Shown one piece after another: positions 61,931-64,000 of a DNA stretch of 64,000 nt; position 1 is the stretch's first letter, and each line of letters opens with the position of its first letter. Made by a program: the position numbers and the translations under genes. The notes under the pieces are model-generated. The model did not search any database. It was not told the DNA's origin and worked only from the letters and a program-made list of their open reading frames with translations. The stretch lies in assembly GCF_009914755.1 (NCBI RefSeq), contig NC_060931.1; one strand, written 5' to 3'. This DNA comes from the human T2T-CHM13v2.0 reference genome, Homo sapiens.

Positions 61931-63156
61931 GTAAGGTTGTTCTCTATGTAACTGTGTTCCTGTTCTAACGCACGGCCAGGGGGAGGGCGCAGCTTCCAAA
62001 CCCACAGTTCTCCCTCCACCACCTCCCACCAGATGCTCCTACAGTTTTTTTTGTTTTTGTTTTTGTTTTTTTTTGTGAGACACAGTCTTGCTCTGTTGCC
62101 CAGGCTGGAGGGCAGTGTCTCGATCTTGACTCACTGCAGCTGATGCCTCCTGGGTTCAAGCGATTCTCCTGCCTCAGCCTCCAAGCAGCTGGGATTACAA
62201 ACGTGAACCACCACGCCTGGCTAATTTTTGTGTTTTTAGTAGAGACGGGGTTTTGCCATGTTGGCCAGATTGGTCCCGAACACCTGACCTCAGGTGATCC
62301 ACCCGCCTTGGCCTCCCAAAGTGCTGAGATTACAGACGTCAGCACTGTGTCCGACCAGCTCCCATGGTCTTGAGTCTTGGCACCCACACATTTTTTTTTC
62401 TGAGACAGAGTCCAGCTCTGCTCCCCAGGATGGAGTACAGTGGCATGATCATAGCTCACTCTAATTCCTGGGCTCAAGCAATCCTCTTTCCTTAGCCTCC
62501 TGAGGAGCTGGGACTAGGCACATGCCACCATGCTCAACGAATTTTTGAAATCTTCGTAGAAACAGGGTCTCGCTGTGTTGCCCAGGTTGTTCTCCAACTG
62601 TTGGGCTCATGTGATCCTCCTGTCTCCACCTCTCAAAAAGTACTGGGATCACAGGCTTGAGCCGCCACTCCCGGCTATTCTTTGTCTTTTTATGATTTGT
62701 CAGCATCTCCCTCAGGACTCTGCTGGTCTCTTGCAGAGTGAATGAGTGGCCCCTGCCTCTCCCATGGGTCCTTTGGGATCTGAGCCCTAGGCCACCGTCT
62801 GGCTGCAGTCCTGAAGCTCCTGGGCCCTCTACTCTCAGCTCCTTGGGACAGTTCTCTGCCTGGCACACAAAAGACCCTCCTGACACCAGCCGACCTAGAC
62901 ACACCCCCTCCAAAGATCCCATCGGAGCCCACCATCCTGGGAGCATCACCTAAAACCCTTCCTCCGGCTTCTCGGATTTGCATCCGACCTTCGAATACCC
63001 CTCCACCCCGCAATTTCCACATGAGCACAGTCACCCCAATGCTGAGGTCCCTTCTCTGATGGGCAACCCCTCCCCAGACCCCCATTCCACTATCTCCACA
63101 ATCTTCCTCTCCCAAGATGTGACCTCTCCCTCTCTGTGTTCCTTTCTCTCCATCAG

Positions 63157-63242
63157 TATCTCCTGGCTATGGTCATAGCGTATTTCAGCCGGGCCGGCCT
63201 CCCCTCCTGGCAATACCAACGCATTCATTTCTTCCTGGCTCT
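63157..63242 (+). CDS. SPDYE3: SPDYE3 Speedy/RINGO-box exon ([29 protein letters not shown]); gene continues beyond the window
   Basis: Polypyrimidine tract then catcag|, donor CT|gtgagt, 86 nt; hallmark Spy1-domain motif. Confidence 0.93.
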
Positions 63243-63331
63243 GTGAGTGGTTTGCTGCCTCCTATCCATCAATATCCAACGCCCTGGGACAGCGGGGGAA
63301 GTGGGATTCCAGCCTTTCATTTATTCTTTCA

Positions 63332-63688
<357 letters not shown>

Positions 63689-64000
63689 CTAAAAACAAAA
63701 GAGCCAAAAAAAAAAAAACAGGCAAAAAAACCAAACTCCAATGCCAGTGTACAAATAAAAGAGTAAAACAGGCCAGGTGCGGTGGCTCACGCCTGTAATC
63801 TCAACAGTTTGGGAGGCCGAGGTGGGCAGATCACAAGGTCAGGAGAGCAAAACCATCCTGGCTAACATGGTGAAACCCTGTCTCCACTTAAAAAAAAAAA
63901 AAAATACAAAAAATTAGCCAGGTGTGGTGGCGGGCACCTGTAGTCCCAGCTACTCGGGAGGCTGAGGGAGGAGAATGGCGTGAACCTGGGAGGCGGAGCT

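Overview
Primate (almost certainly human, 7q22.1-type segmental-duplication) genomic DNA, extremely Alu-rich. It carries two divergently oriented loci. (1) On the - strand: the CpG-island promoter, first coding exon and part of intron 1 of CASTOR3/GATS, a CASTOR2 duplicate. A 1-bp insertion puts the ancestral ATG out of frame, and an ATG 32 nt upstream restores the downstream frame. (2) On the + strand from about 53.5 kb: SPDYE3 (Speedy/RINGO family). It has a first coding exon, five near-identical 219-nt phase-1/1 exons in a ~1.39-kb tandem array with a clear Alu-Alu recombination junction, and two Speedy-box exons; the gene continues past the window end. The ~35-kb interval between them is mostly Alu, MaLR LTR, L1, L2, MIR and MER relics, including a five-level nested insertion. 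Several Alu-free islands there have + strand splice signals and may be remnants of a decayed gene; one resembles the PRRT3/PRRT4 transmembrane region (speculative). Nearly all ORFs in the supplied track are Alu-derived or low-complexity artefacts. Gene and repeat names come from recognition, not database searches; repeat boundaries are approximate.
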